Below the pieces are notes generated by a model. The model did no database searches. It worked only from the letters and a program-made list of their open reading frames with translations, and was not told where the DNA came from. A DNA stretch of 53,467 bases, from assembly GCF_006345805.1 (NCBI RefSeq), contig NW_021833672.1, positions 1 through 53,467 on the forward strand, read 5' to 3'. The position numbers and the translations under genes were made by a program. The DNA is from Octopus sinensis (taxonomy: Eukaryota). Below are positions 13,227-23,740 of the stretch, in pieces (position 1 is the stretch's first letter; each line of letters opens with the position of its first letter).

Positions 13227-14832
13227 CAGTGGGGGGAAATAGATATTCTTTATTTATTTAATTTCTAATGAACATAAATGGGATATATCAATGCTATATT
13301 TGCATACACATGCATAAACTAAGAATATGCAAAAGAAACTAATAAATTATAGTAACTAATGAATTTATATACAATTGTAAATATTTAGGGGTGAAAAAAG
13401 TATTCGTACAGAACATAAATAACTGATAATTCTGATTTAATACTTCTTAGCATAACCATTATTCAGTTCATAGCATAACCATTCTTCAACCAATCTCTTC
13501 TTGTAGTTCTTAATCAATGACTCGCATGTTTCTTTAGGAATTTTTTCCCATTCTTCTTGACAAATTTTCTTCAAATCTGCAATGAACGTTGGGGCTCTTG
13601 AATGAATATTAATTTTCAAATAACGCCACAAATTTTCAATGGGGTTCAAGTCAGGTGACTGGCTTGGCCATTCTAATAATTTTATATGTGATCGACAGTC
13701 CATTTTTTTGGTAGACTTTGCAATGTGCTTAGGGTTGTTATCCTGTTGTAAAACCCACCCTTCACAAAGCTGGAGCTTTTCTACAGAGTCCCATAAATCA
13801 TTGTTCAAAATATTTTGGTTCATCTCTGCATTCATTCTACCATCTATCACATGTAAATTGCCAGTACTATTTGCAGAGAACCCCCCCCCCCACCATGATG
13901 TTGCCACCTCCAAACTTTATGGTAGGAATTGTGTTTTTCGGCAAATAGGCAGTACCATCTTTCCTCCGAACATGGCTACGCGAATTTCGTCCAAACAATT
14001 TTCGACTCGCCTGTCGAGAACATTTTTCCAGAATGTATCACGTTTATCTTTTTGTTCATAAATAAATTTTAAATGGGCATCTCTATGCCTTTTAGTCAAC
14101 AGCGGAGTTTTTCTAGGAGAGCGTGAATTCAGTTCATTCCTATGAATTTCATTGCTGATTGTTCGTAGTGTAACACTAGTCCCTGAAGCTAACAAATCTT
14201 CTTGCAACTCTTTTCTGGTGATCATTGCGTTTTTTTTCGATTCTTCGCTTCATTTTTCTTAAAGATCTAGGGGAAATCTTGCATGGTGCACTGGATCTTA
14301 TTCCGTTTTCAACAGTTCCCAACTTTTTAATATTTTTGAATAAATGAAGATATGATAGAAAATGGAATACAAAGGGTCTCTGATATTTTCCTGTAACTTT
14401 TACCTGTTTTCCATTGTTCAATAATTAAATTTTTCACTGAATTTGTGAGTTCTTTACTTTTCGCCATTATTACAATACTGCTTTATGTTGTCTCAATGCT
14501 GGATGAAGAAGCTAGCGTTTTGACACTTAAAAATGACAACTGATAAGATTATTGGAACAAACGAGAAAGTTCTAGTAAAAAAATTATTATTTTAACAGTA
14601 TTTTCTGGCATAGAAAATCAAATTATTTCTGTACGAATACTTTTTTCACCCCTAGATATTTATAATTGTATATAAATTCCTTAGTTACTATAATTTATTA
14701 GTTTCTTTTGCATATTCTTAGTTTATGCATGTGTATGCATATATAGTATTGGTATATCCCATTTATGTTCATTAGAAATTAAATACATAAAGAATTTTGA
14801 CATGTACGAATATTTATTCCCCCCCCCCACTG
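13227..14832 (-). mobile_element. Tc1-family DNA transposon with ~190-210 bp IR/DR-type terminal inverted repeats
   Basis: TA|CAGTG…CACTG|TA ends; arms 13227-13412 and 14627-14832 are inverted copies; the tattcgtac motif is present at both outer and inner ends of the right IR. Confidence 0.95.
13437..14421 (-). pseudogene. Frameshifted Tc1 transposase (DD34E)
   Basis: Three overlapping ORFs give GRPxK-like RSSAPCKISPR, PRKTPLLTKRH, QQDNNPKH and WPSQSPDLNPIENLW; 34 residues separate the second D from E. Confidence 0.95.
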
Positions 14833-15201
14833 TATACCTACATACGCACAGACCCAGACACACAGTCCACAGCACACATTCGCAAACAAGCATCGTAAAC
14901 AAGCATCTTTATATACCTATGTATTTTTATATATTACTTTATATTATATTTTTACATTCTAGGTGTTGTAATGTTTTTTTAAAAAAATGTATTTTTCTGA
15001 ATCGCTAAAGTATTAACTCTAAACTGTGATGAAAATTTTTTTTCTCGCACCTTATTATTATTATTATTATTATTATATGCTTGTCTGCTTGTACAGATGA
15101 ATTATGTTCCATCTTGCGGGATGTTTATATGTATATTCTATGATTAAATGTTCGAATTATGAAATGTTATGCGGATGACCTTGCATTTGTTTGTTCAATA
15201 A

Positions 15202-15274
<73 letters not shown>

Positions 15275-15514
15275 TGTTATATTTCGGAATGGTCATATTG
15301 CCAGTTTACCCAATATATATATATATTGGAAGGTTTGGAGATGATGTACAGGTATTATATATTAGAAGAAATGAGGTAATCAGAAGATCGGATGGTTCAT
15401 ATTTATAGATATCTATTTATATATTACATTTTTTACATATATATATCATATCATTCGGATTATTACCGCTTTCTCTCCCTTCCAGTGGGGTTTTCAAATC
15501 AATATATATATATA

Positions 15515-15564
<50 letters not shown>

Positions 15565-15569
15565 TATAC

Positions 15570-15785
15570 CGGAGTAAACACATAAATGTGAAACAAGGTG
15601 GAAAAAAAAGTATTCAAATACCAGTGGTAGAGTAATATGCTTTATTTAAAGCAGCAGAAATTTCGACAAAACCTGTTGCTCTGAGTTTCCCGTTGCCGTT
15701 CGTTGGACAGTTTGTCCGACGAACGGCAACGGGAAACTCAGAGTAACATTTCTGTTGAATTTTCTGGTGCTTTAAATAAAGTATA
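15570..15785. mobile_element. Penelope-type terminal repeat with inversion junction; ~150-bp hairpin with two head-to-head degenerate hammerheads
   Basis: Arms 15636-15709 and 15713-15785 are near-perfect inverted copies; each reads CC(G/A)ACGA-ACGGCAACGG-GAAA-CTCAGAG-(T/C)A-ACA. Confidence 0.65.
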
Positions 15786-16225
15786 TATATATATATATAT
15801 ATATGTTTGTATGTGTGTGTATGTATATGTCTATATATATAATTCCATTGTTAATAATGGAATTTTCACTTCCTTATGACAATCCATAATTCTCTTCCCG
15901 AGGAACTATTTTTGTGACGCACATGGTAAACTTTTTGAGGGTAAATACGAATTCATTCGTCTATATGGATCTGGCCTGTGTTGATTATCTCCAATGGCAC
16001 GAGGTCGGGAGGCAAGAGGTATGTAAATTAACATTTGCAAATCATTCTAATGGAATGTTGCACTGAAAACGGGAATGAATTTGTTTATAATTCTGACACA
16101 GAAACGCGTCCGTAACTAACCGAAGTTTTTGTTTTCGTTATTTTTCCTTCTGTTTTACATATGTGATGTACATGTATATGTTATATGTGGAGTTATATTT
16201 GTAGAAAATAGAAATAAGCGGTCTT

Positions 16226-16332
16226 TGACTGCTATTTCTAATTTTTCGGTGTGGCTAAGCAACCTGTTGCTTGCCATTTATATATATATAAAGGGCAAGC
16301 AACATGCTTAGCCAAAAATTAGAAATAGCAGT

Positions 16333-16333
<1 letters not shown>
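16226..16333. repeat. Inverted repeat (gactgctatttctaatttt…ggctaagca…tgttgcttgcc) around a TA spacer
   Basis: The right arm is the reverse complement of the left arm with two small deletions. Confidence 0.8.
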
Positions 16334-16381
<48 letters not shown>

Positions 16382-16387
16382 ATATAT

Positions 16388-16434
<47 letters not shown>

Positions 16435-16436
16435 AT

Positions 16437-16469
<33 letters not shown>

Positions 16470-16565
16470 CATGTATATGTACATAATTGTTAAAGAGGAC
16501 AACAAACGGCAAGGCAAGGCAAACATCTCATTCATATAAATTATTATTATTGGAAAAAATTCAAA

Positions 16566-16621
16566 GTCTTGCAGCTGTTTCTGGAATATTCCAGAACATG
16601 GGATATTCCGTCATCAGAGAC
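16566..16621 (-). ncRNA. Minimal type I hammerhead ribozyme motif, probably inactivated
   Basis: Minus strand: GTCT-CTGATGA-CGGAATAT…ATATTCCA-GAAA-CAGCTG-CA-AGAC; core intact but U16.1 reads C. Confidence 0.7.
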
Positions 16622-17846
16622 AAATAAAGGAAAAGTAGGGAAAATGAAAATGGTGTATATTAATGAAGTGACGACGTAGAGGAAGGGAGTAAAGGAATAA
16701 GGAGATGAAGAGAGAGAAGAAAAAAGAAGCATAACAGTTCATAGTTCAACTTGCCGATGGTGTAATCCTGCGTAGATCCACGTTGGTTAAAACCCTTAAA
16801 GCAATTTTAAAATAACCAATATTTTCCTTACTTAAAATTTAATCGTTCCAATTTTTAAATTGTAAACCAGGAACCTGTGTAAAAAAACAAACCCTAGAAA
16901 TCTCTGCTTTTATAGCGATAGAAGAGAAGTGGGACCTAACGTAGGACAGAGTGAATTGTTCTGTTGGGTGAAAATGAAAAGGTAATGTATGCAAACTGAA
17001 TGATAGAAAATATATGTGGGGAGGGAAAATTTGAAATTTCGAGAGAGAAATACGATTTAAAAAAATGTAAAACTCAGGCGAGGAAGAATTTATAAAGTCT
17101 AAGGTAAGTAGAACATTGTGTAAAAATCTTTAAACGTATTAAGAGGGAAAACACAGGTAACTTTGGTGTTTTGAGTTCAATTCCCACCGTGGTTGGATTG
17201 AGTCGTAGATCGGGTTTGAAAGAACCGCCAGGAAAATTGCCTGCCTTTGGTGGAATCAACTGCGTTTCACGCAATCGATCCTGGTTTATAGTTTCAGGAC
17301 GATATATTTCTTCTTGAGTCTCACAAGACATGAAGGTCTTGAAAAAATGGTCGTGACCCCCCACACTAAACTTCGCTCTGGACTGAGCAGTGGTTAGTCC
17401 ACATTTATTCTGTGAGGAACATAGGGTCTGTTTCCCGCGTTTTTCAGGCATATGAATTCCTTCCTGAATGGGACACGGATAGGTCGCTAGATTATTCATT
17501 TTTATAACCTGGGTGAATGGACAAGAGCGGCAAGAAATGAAGCTTTTTTGCTGAAGAACACACCGCATCACCTGGTCCAGGAATCGAAACAACAACCTTG
17601 CGGTCATGCGTCTCACATCCTAAACCACTAAGCCATGCTCCTCGATAGGACTGACTAATGGGGATGGTACACCGTTTACTGTTCTATCTGTAAGCAATAT
17701 GTTAAATTGATTTCCACACACACAAAATAACGTCCACACACACACAAAAAAGAAATAATGGACAGCCTGTTTGACAGAATTGCAGTAAAAAAATGCATGA
17801 GTTAAAAGAACAATGTCTTTTACATTCTGGCATGGACTCTGCTTAC

Positions 17847-17915
17847 TCAGGATATTGCCCGAAGTGCTGACCATTCTGCCACCAGTTGCATAGAGACTGT
17901 CGAGGTATTATACAT
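17847..17915 (-). CDS. Putative 69-bp internal exon (CIIPRQSLCNWWQNGQHFGQYP, phase 2-2)
   Basis: Strong donor GA|gtaagc, weak acceptor gtgcag|; phase fits the neighbouring candidate exons. Confidence 0.35.
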   Translation of the reverse strand: MYNTSTVSMQLVAEWSALRAIS

Positions 17916-18256
17916 CTGCACTAATTTATCCTTAGAATTCCAATGTAATCCGAGTCATGTAGCGTGTGAGAATGAGAGGCAGAGTGGTTATGAATTCCAA
18001 GCCGACCATTGAACACACAGCAAAGAACATTGATGAGACAATTATATCCTAATAGTGAGCTTCTAAGATTAACACATCAAATATTGAATAGAAGAAAGAA
18101 GAAAAAGAAAAAAAAGGAAAAAAGAAAAAAAGATGATAGCTCACCGATGTATATATGAGCAGGTTTCAAGTGCTATATTATGAAATAAGTTTCTGCTGGT
18201 AACATTTGTATGCTTCGTTTCATTTCCTTCAGAATTCTTAAATGAACATCAGTTAT

Positions 18257-18302
18257 TTTGAAGATATTTTGAAGATATTTTGAAGATATTTTGAAGATAT
18301 TT
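18257..18302. repeat. 11-bp tandem repeat (TTTTGAAGATA) x4
   Basis: Directly visible. Confidence 0.9.
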
Positions 18303-18349
18303 AGAGAATTGTGTGGAATCGTGTGTGCATGTGTGTGCGGGCGGATGTA

Positions 18350-18609
18350 TAATGCATACATACATACATACATACATACATACATACATACAACATACAT
18401 ACATACATACATACATACATACATACATACATACATACATACATACATACATGCATGCATATATATATATATGTAATCTCTTTTTCATTCTCTAACAATA
18501 TATTTTCATGTGTGTACATAAATACGTATGTACATACATATATATACATGCATACATACATGGGAACATACATGTACAGACATATGAACACAGACACGGA
18601 CAAAAGTAT

Positions 18610-18654
<45 letters not shown>

Positions 18655-18824
18655 TATACATTCATATATCTAACAGATGTACGTATATAGATGCACACAC
18701 ATATGTATGTGTATATTGCTATGCATAGGGAGGCAGATAGAGGAATTTATTTTGTTCACATATCTGTCCATTTATCAATGTATCTATATGTATACACATA
18801 TATACATTTAATGTAAGTAAATAC

Positions 18825-18869
<45 letters not shown>

Positions 18870-19150
18870 CGTGTGTGCGTGTGTGTGTGTGTGTATGCAT
18901 ATGCATACATATAGAGGCATACATTCATATACATGTTGATATATGATATATGAATATCAAAATGTATAGACATTTATATACATCTATACATGTATATACA
19001 TATGCATGTGTATACATGCACATACGTATATGCATAAATATATATATGTATATACATGTATACATATATATAAATGAATATACATGTACATATACACAGT
19101 CACTCACACACACAACACAACACACGCGAACGTATACACACACACATCTA
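18350..19150. repeat. Compound (TACA)n/(TA)n/(TG)n field
   Basis: Directly visible. Confidence 0.9.
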
Positions 19151-19271
19151 TATGTTTGACAAAAACATTAGACTTCCCATATCCTAGGCTTGACACGGCA
19201 ATTTATTCAATTGAAACAAAAAAAGAGAGAAACTAAAAACGAAAACCGACAACCCAAAAACGGTTTGATAC

Positions 19272-19460
19272 TCAACAAGCCTGGATAATTTTTCCCTTTC
19301 AGCACTATCACAAGAATGATTGAAAGGAAAAGTAATTTTATTTAATACACCAGTAGGAAACACATAAGGACGAGAAAACTGGTGTAGGAAGATGAAGGCT
19401 TCGAGAGCGTATCTTGAATTAAGCAGTCTTGTTCAACCCGGAAAAGATTCGCAAGTACAC
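19272..19460 (-). CDS. Putative internal exon (…LLNSRYALEAFIFLHQFSRPYVFPTGVLNKITFPFNHSCDSAEREKLSRLV); start uncertain (19460, 19427 or 19412)
   Basis: Protein-like open frame ending at GA|gtatca; three in-phase AG acceptors, the most upstream including a TGA at 19433-19435. Confidence 0.35.
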
Positions 19461-19794
19461 CTACACAGAAATTCGCTTTTACTATTAATCTGTTGATTTA
19501 CTCTTCTTCCTCATTTGGTCATTTGGTCATTTGCTCATTTGCTCATTTACTCAAGTAATCACCTGTTCCTATATGATTAGATGCTGCCACACCCTTGTTT
19601 TTGCAATTACCAACTCTCTATATTTGATAATCTGTACCACTAATTCTTGTGTGTGTATTCATCTAATACACTGGAATAAATGGACATACTGGAATGTTTA
19701 TCGGCTGATATCTGTCCATTTTCTATCCTCTCCACTTTCTTATTTACCGAATAAACCAAGGGTAAACCACTTTCTACCTATGAATGGGAGTATA

Positions 19795-20920
19795 CGTGGT
19801 TTAATTAACAAGTATCCGGCGGCGAGCTGGCAGAATCGTTAGCACGTCGGGTGAAGTACTTAGCAGTATTTCGTCTACCGTTACGTTCTGAGTTCAAATT
19901 CCGCCGAGGTCGACTTTGTCTTTCATTCTTTTCGGGGTCGATAAATTAAGTACCAGTTACGCACTGGGGTCGATATAATCGACTTAAGCCCTTTGTCTGT
20001 CCTTGTTTCTCCCATCTGTGTTTAGCCCCTTGTGGGCATAAAGAAATATTAATCAATAAGTATCCGGACTGTTGCTAAGGTAACGAAGCTAAATTACAAA
20101 GAGTAAAGCCAAATTGACCGTGTACTCTGCGCTCCATGCGCACGAAGTTTTAACGTTCTAGCTCTCTTCCGCTGTGCTTGGAAGGAAGGTGTGTAGCGTG
20201 TGATCGTTGCACTAAACATGACAGAGAAAGTTGAACTGAGAATCTGCATGAAGGTTTCCCAAAATCTTGGGGCTACCTGCTCAGAGGCTTACGAAAAAGT
20301 TTCAAAAGTGTTCATTGTTCTCAATGCAATCCAGGAGATTTTTTGTGACTGAAACCCGAGTGTCTTTTTGGTCAGCTGAAAGCAGTTTTGGCACAAACTT
20401 GGCAGAAACGGTTCTTATATCCAAATCTTCAAGGATAATGGACTGAACCGAACCATTAACTAATCTGAACATCTCTACTGATAACTCACGGATGGTGATT
20501 CTACGAGTTTCCCTCACATCTGTATGCACATCTGCAATGTTTTTCCCACTTCTGCTGGCTGAATGGTCTCCCAGAATGTTCGTGAATATCGTCATTTTTT
20601 CGGCCATCTTCGAAACACCTGAACCACACGTACATTTGTGTGCGGCTCATACACTTCTCTCTACGCACTTTCTGCAATTTTGCATAGGCTTCTGAACAGG
20701 TACCGCCAAGACAACTTTCTCTGTCATGGTCAATGCGACAATCACACGCTACACACGTTCCTTCCAAGCACTCCTCTAAAGAGCGGAACTAAGCTAGAAC
20801 GTTAAAACTTAGTGCGCATGCACACAAGCGTTTACGGTCAACCTCTGCTAAGCGGCTTCACTCTGCGTGTCTTAGCTTCGTTTCTATGGCAATAGTCCGA
20901 ATACTTTTGATCAGTAGTCG
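19795..20920 (-). mobile_element. Second copy of the two-ended non-autonomous mariner element, interrupted in its TIR by a SINE
   Basis: Same TIR and internal sequence as 10646-11499 in opposite orientation; TA-flanked; translation ITIRELS…SVQSIILEDLDIRTVSAKFVPKLLSADQK. Confidence 0.85.
19820..20048 (+). mobile_element. SINE family B, full length, ~19-bp TSD
   Basis: TSD ttaattaacaagtatccgg (19801-19819) / ttaatcaataagtatccgg (20049-20067). Confidence 0.9.
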
Positions 20921-21185
20921 TATATATAAAAATATGCTTGTATATATATATATATAATAGAAATATTAAAATTACTAAGTCTCTCTAAAAGAGAACAACG
21001 GCAGCGTTCCCGGAAAATATTAGTTATCGCCATACTAATATGGCATTCTTATAAAAATAAGAATAAAGCTGACCACTTATTAACTCCATGAGGCCATCGC
21101 CTTAAGTTAGCTATTTGATACACAAACTGTATCCATATAACCTTTGAACAAGGGAGGTCAGTCGCTCCACACTACTTGGCCGGCA

Positions 21186-21226
21186 GCTACAGACGCGTTT
21201 CGGGGTATTGCCCCTTTTCATGCAGC
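21186..21226 (-). ncRNA. Hammerhead copy 1 (one T lost from the core)
   Basis: GCTGCA-TGAAAA-GGGG caata CCCC-GAAA-CGCG-TC-TGTAGC. Confidence 0.6.
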
Positions 21227-21546
21227 GTAGCCAAACCAGTAGGTGTCGCTTCCGACAATCTCTGTTCAAAGGTTTTATTTACCTAGCTTCGGTGGAATAC
21301 ATCCACTTGTTTTCAATAATAGAAATATAAAATTACTAAGTCTCTCTAAAAGAGAACAACGGCAGCGTTCCCGGAAAATATTAGTTATCGCCATACTAAT
21401 ATGGCATTCTTATAAAAATAAGAATAAAGCTGACCACTTATTAGCTCCATGAGGCCATCGCCTTAAGTTAGCTATTTGATACACAAACTGTATCCATATA
21501 ACCTTTGAACAAGGGAGGTCAGTCGCTCCACACTACTTGGCCGGCA

Positions 21547-21588
21547 GCTACAGACGCGTTTCGGGGTATTGCCCCTTTTCAATGCAGC
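21547..21588 (-). ncRNA. Hammerhead copy 2, U3:A8 variant
   Basis: GCTGCA-TTGAAAA-GGGG caata CCCC-GAAA-CGCG-TC-TGTAGC; 6-bp stem I, 4-bp stem II, palindromic ACGCGT stem III. Confidence 0.8.
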
Positions 21589-21996
21589 GTAGCCAAACCA
21601 GTAGGTGTCGCTTCCGACAATCTCTGTTCAAAGGTTTTATTTACCTAGCTTCGGTGGAATACATCCACTTGTTTTCAATAATAGAAATATTAAAATTACT
21701 AAGTCTCTCTAAAAGAGAACAACGGCAGCGTTCCCGGAAAATATTAGTTATCGCCATACTAATATGGCATTCTTATAAAAATAAGAATAAAGCTGACCAC
21801 TTATTAGCTCCATGAGGCCATCGCCTTAAGTTAGCTATTTGATACACAAACTGTATCCATATAACCTTTGAACAAGGGAGACTTAGTAATTTTAATATTT
21901 CTATTATTGAAAACAAGTGGATGTATTCCACCGAAGCTAGGTAAATAAAACCTTTGAACAGAGATTGTCGGAAGCGACACCTACTGGTTTGGCTAC

Positions 21997-22038
21997 GCTG
22001 CATTGAAAAGGGGCAATACCCCGAAACGCGTCTGTAGC
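21997..22038 (+). ncRNA. Hammerhead copy 3 (inverted), U3:A8 variant
   Basis: Identical to copy 2 but on the plus strand; predicted cleavage after C22032. Confidence 0.8.
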
Positions 22039-22067
22039 TGCCGGCCAAGTAGTGTGGAGCGACTGAC

Positions 22068-22345
22068 GCAATGGCCCAGTGGTTAGGGCAGCGGACTCGT
22101 GGTCGTAGGATCGCGGTTTCGATTCCCAGACCGGGCGATGTGAGTGTTTATTGAGCGAAAACACCTAAAGCTATACGAGGCTCCGGCAGGGGGTGGTGGT
22201 GATCCCTGCTGTACTCTTTCACCACAACTTTCTCTCACTCTTTCTTCTGTAGGCCTGCTCGCTTAGCCAGCGGGGTGGCGTCATTTGAAGGCTAAAACAA
22301 TGGGAAGCGCATTGTGACCAGCGATGTGTTGCAACTTCTGATAGC
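22068..22345 (+). mobile_element. SINE family C (second tail type), 5' end clipped by a few bases
   Basis: gcaatggcccagtggttagggcagcggactcg…; shares its 5' half with 4753-5145. Confidence 0.85.
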
Positions 22346-22725
22346 CTGGTCGGGGACGGTGACGGTGATATATAATATATATACATATATAAATGTGTGT
22401 GTGAGTGTGTGTGTGAATATATATGGATGAAAGGTTTTCTTTTTAGTGTGGTCAATTTGAAACTTTAAAACACGATTCTGCATAAGCTAATTTTATTTTT
22501 CCATGAAAGTTTTTTTTTTGCAAATTTCGTGTTAATCCTCAGCAAGATTTTGGGAACATCAATTTATTCTTTCGAGATTACCTCTGTTTGAAATTTATTA
22601 CTCTTATTCCTGCCTCTTTTGTTGGGGGTAATTAAACCGGTTTTATACTTATTGTCGTGTTACCATGTAACGTATACTACTGACTGTAACTAACTTTCAG
22701 CAAAAACCTATTGTTCTTATTAGAT

Positions 22726-23139
22726 GCAGGAGTGGCTGTGTGGAAAGTAGCTTACTAACCAACCACATGGTTCCAGGTTCAGTCCCACTGCGTGGCATCT
22801 TGGGCAAGTGTCTTCCGCTATATCCCCGGGTCGACCAATGCCTTGTGAGTGGATTTGGTAGACGGAAACTGAAAGAAGCCTGTCGTATATATGTATGTGT
22901 GTGTATTTGTGTGTCTGTGTTTGTGTGTCTGTGTTTGTCCCCCTAGCATTGCTTGACAACCGATGCTGGTGTGTCTACGTCCCCGTCACTTAGCGGTTCG
23001 GCAAAAGAGACCGATAGAATAAGTACTGGGCTTACAAAGAATAAGTCCCGGGGTCGATTTGCTCGACTAAAGGCGGTGCTCCAGCATGGCCGCAGTCAAA
23101 TGACTGAAACAAGTAAAAAAGTAAAAAGAGAGAAAAGAG
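22726..23139 (+). mobile_element. SINE family A, full length (octopus OR-type CORE-SINE-like)
   Basis: A box tggctgtgtgg, B box ggttcagtccc, CORE-like catcttgggcaagtgtctt, internal TA/TG microsatellite, tail cagcatggccgcagtcaaatgactgaaacaagtaaaa. Confidence 0.9.
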
Positions 23140-23329
23140 TATTACTAGAATACCTTAACAGCCAGTTCCTATATGCATTGTGTCGTTAATACAATTCCCT
23201 TAACTAATCAACTATTTTGGTTTTGGTTCTAGTTTTCTTTCTTCGAGAGTTCCGTGTTGCAGTTTGTGCGTCGTCAACTAATGTCTCCCGCACCAGTGTT
23301 GTTTTTCGTTGTGCCGAGTGCTTTGTTGA

Positions 23330-23640
23330 CAGAGTGTCTTGGTGAATCCGCAAGGACGTCATACTTGTTTGGATAATGTAAAAACCAAGCTGATGGATTT
23401 TACAATCAAATCTTTAAATCCCATTATTCATTTGCAGAATGCTCACAACTTAGTAGCTTCTTTGGTTTGTTGTCACCATAGAAATGCATAATTTTAGTGG
23501 TTTTTGTATTATATTTTCATTGTTAGTTAATGGTTAGATGTATTGCATGTTGTGTCCAATCTTGAGAAGTTGTTTGTAACATGGTCTTCAAATTTCTGGC
23601 TAATGCACGTTTGGTTCCGATCATTTGGTTATTTGAAATA
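23330..23640 (-). mobile_element. Decayed Penelope-like GIY-YIG C-terminal fragment
   Basis: Frameshifted translation IGTKRALAR.FEDHV…HAIHL…ENII, resembling YIGxTxRxLxxRxxEH. Confidence 0.45.
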
Positions 23641-23740
23641 AGTGAAGTACATGATTTATTTACAACGATCAATTTGTTTCTATATCGTTCTACATTTTAA
23701 TCTGTGTACGCCCCAAGGTGATTCGGTATTTATTTCATTT

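Larger units (their letters stand above)
20956..22067 (-). mobile_element. Tandem ~362-bp hammerhead-bearing unit (about 2.5 direct copies plus one inverted 190-bp segment); retrozyme or Penelope pLTR-like
   Basis: Units start at 20956, 21318 and 21680 and are nearly identical; 21878-22067 is the reverse complement of the HHR-containing half; no RT or endonuclease ORF. Confidence 0.85.

Noticed and set aside
20956-21880. CRISPR-like or satellite interpretation of the tandem repeats
   Set aside because: Eukaryotic context; whole 362-bp units repeat, with no repeat-spacer alternation.
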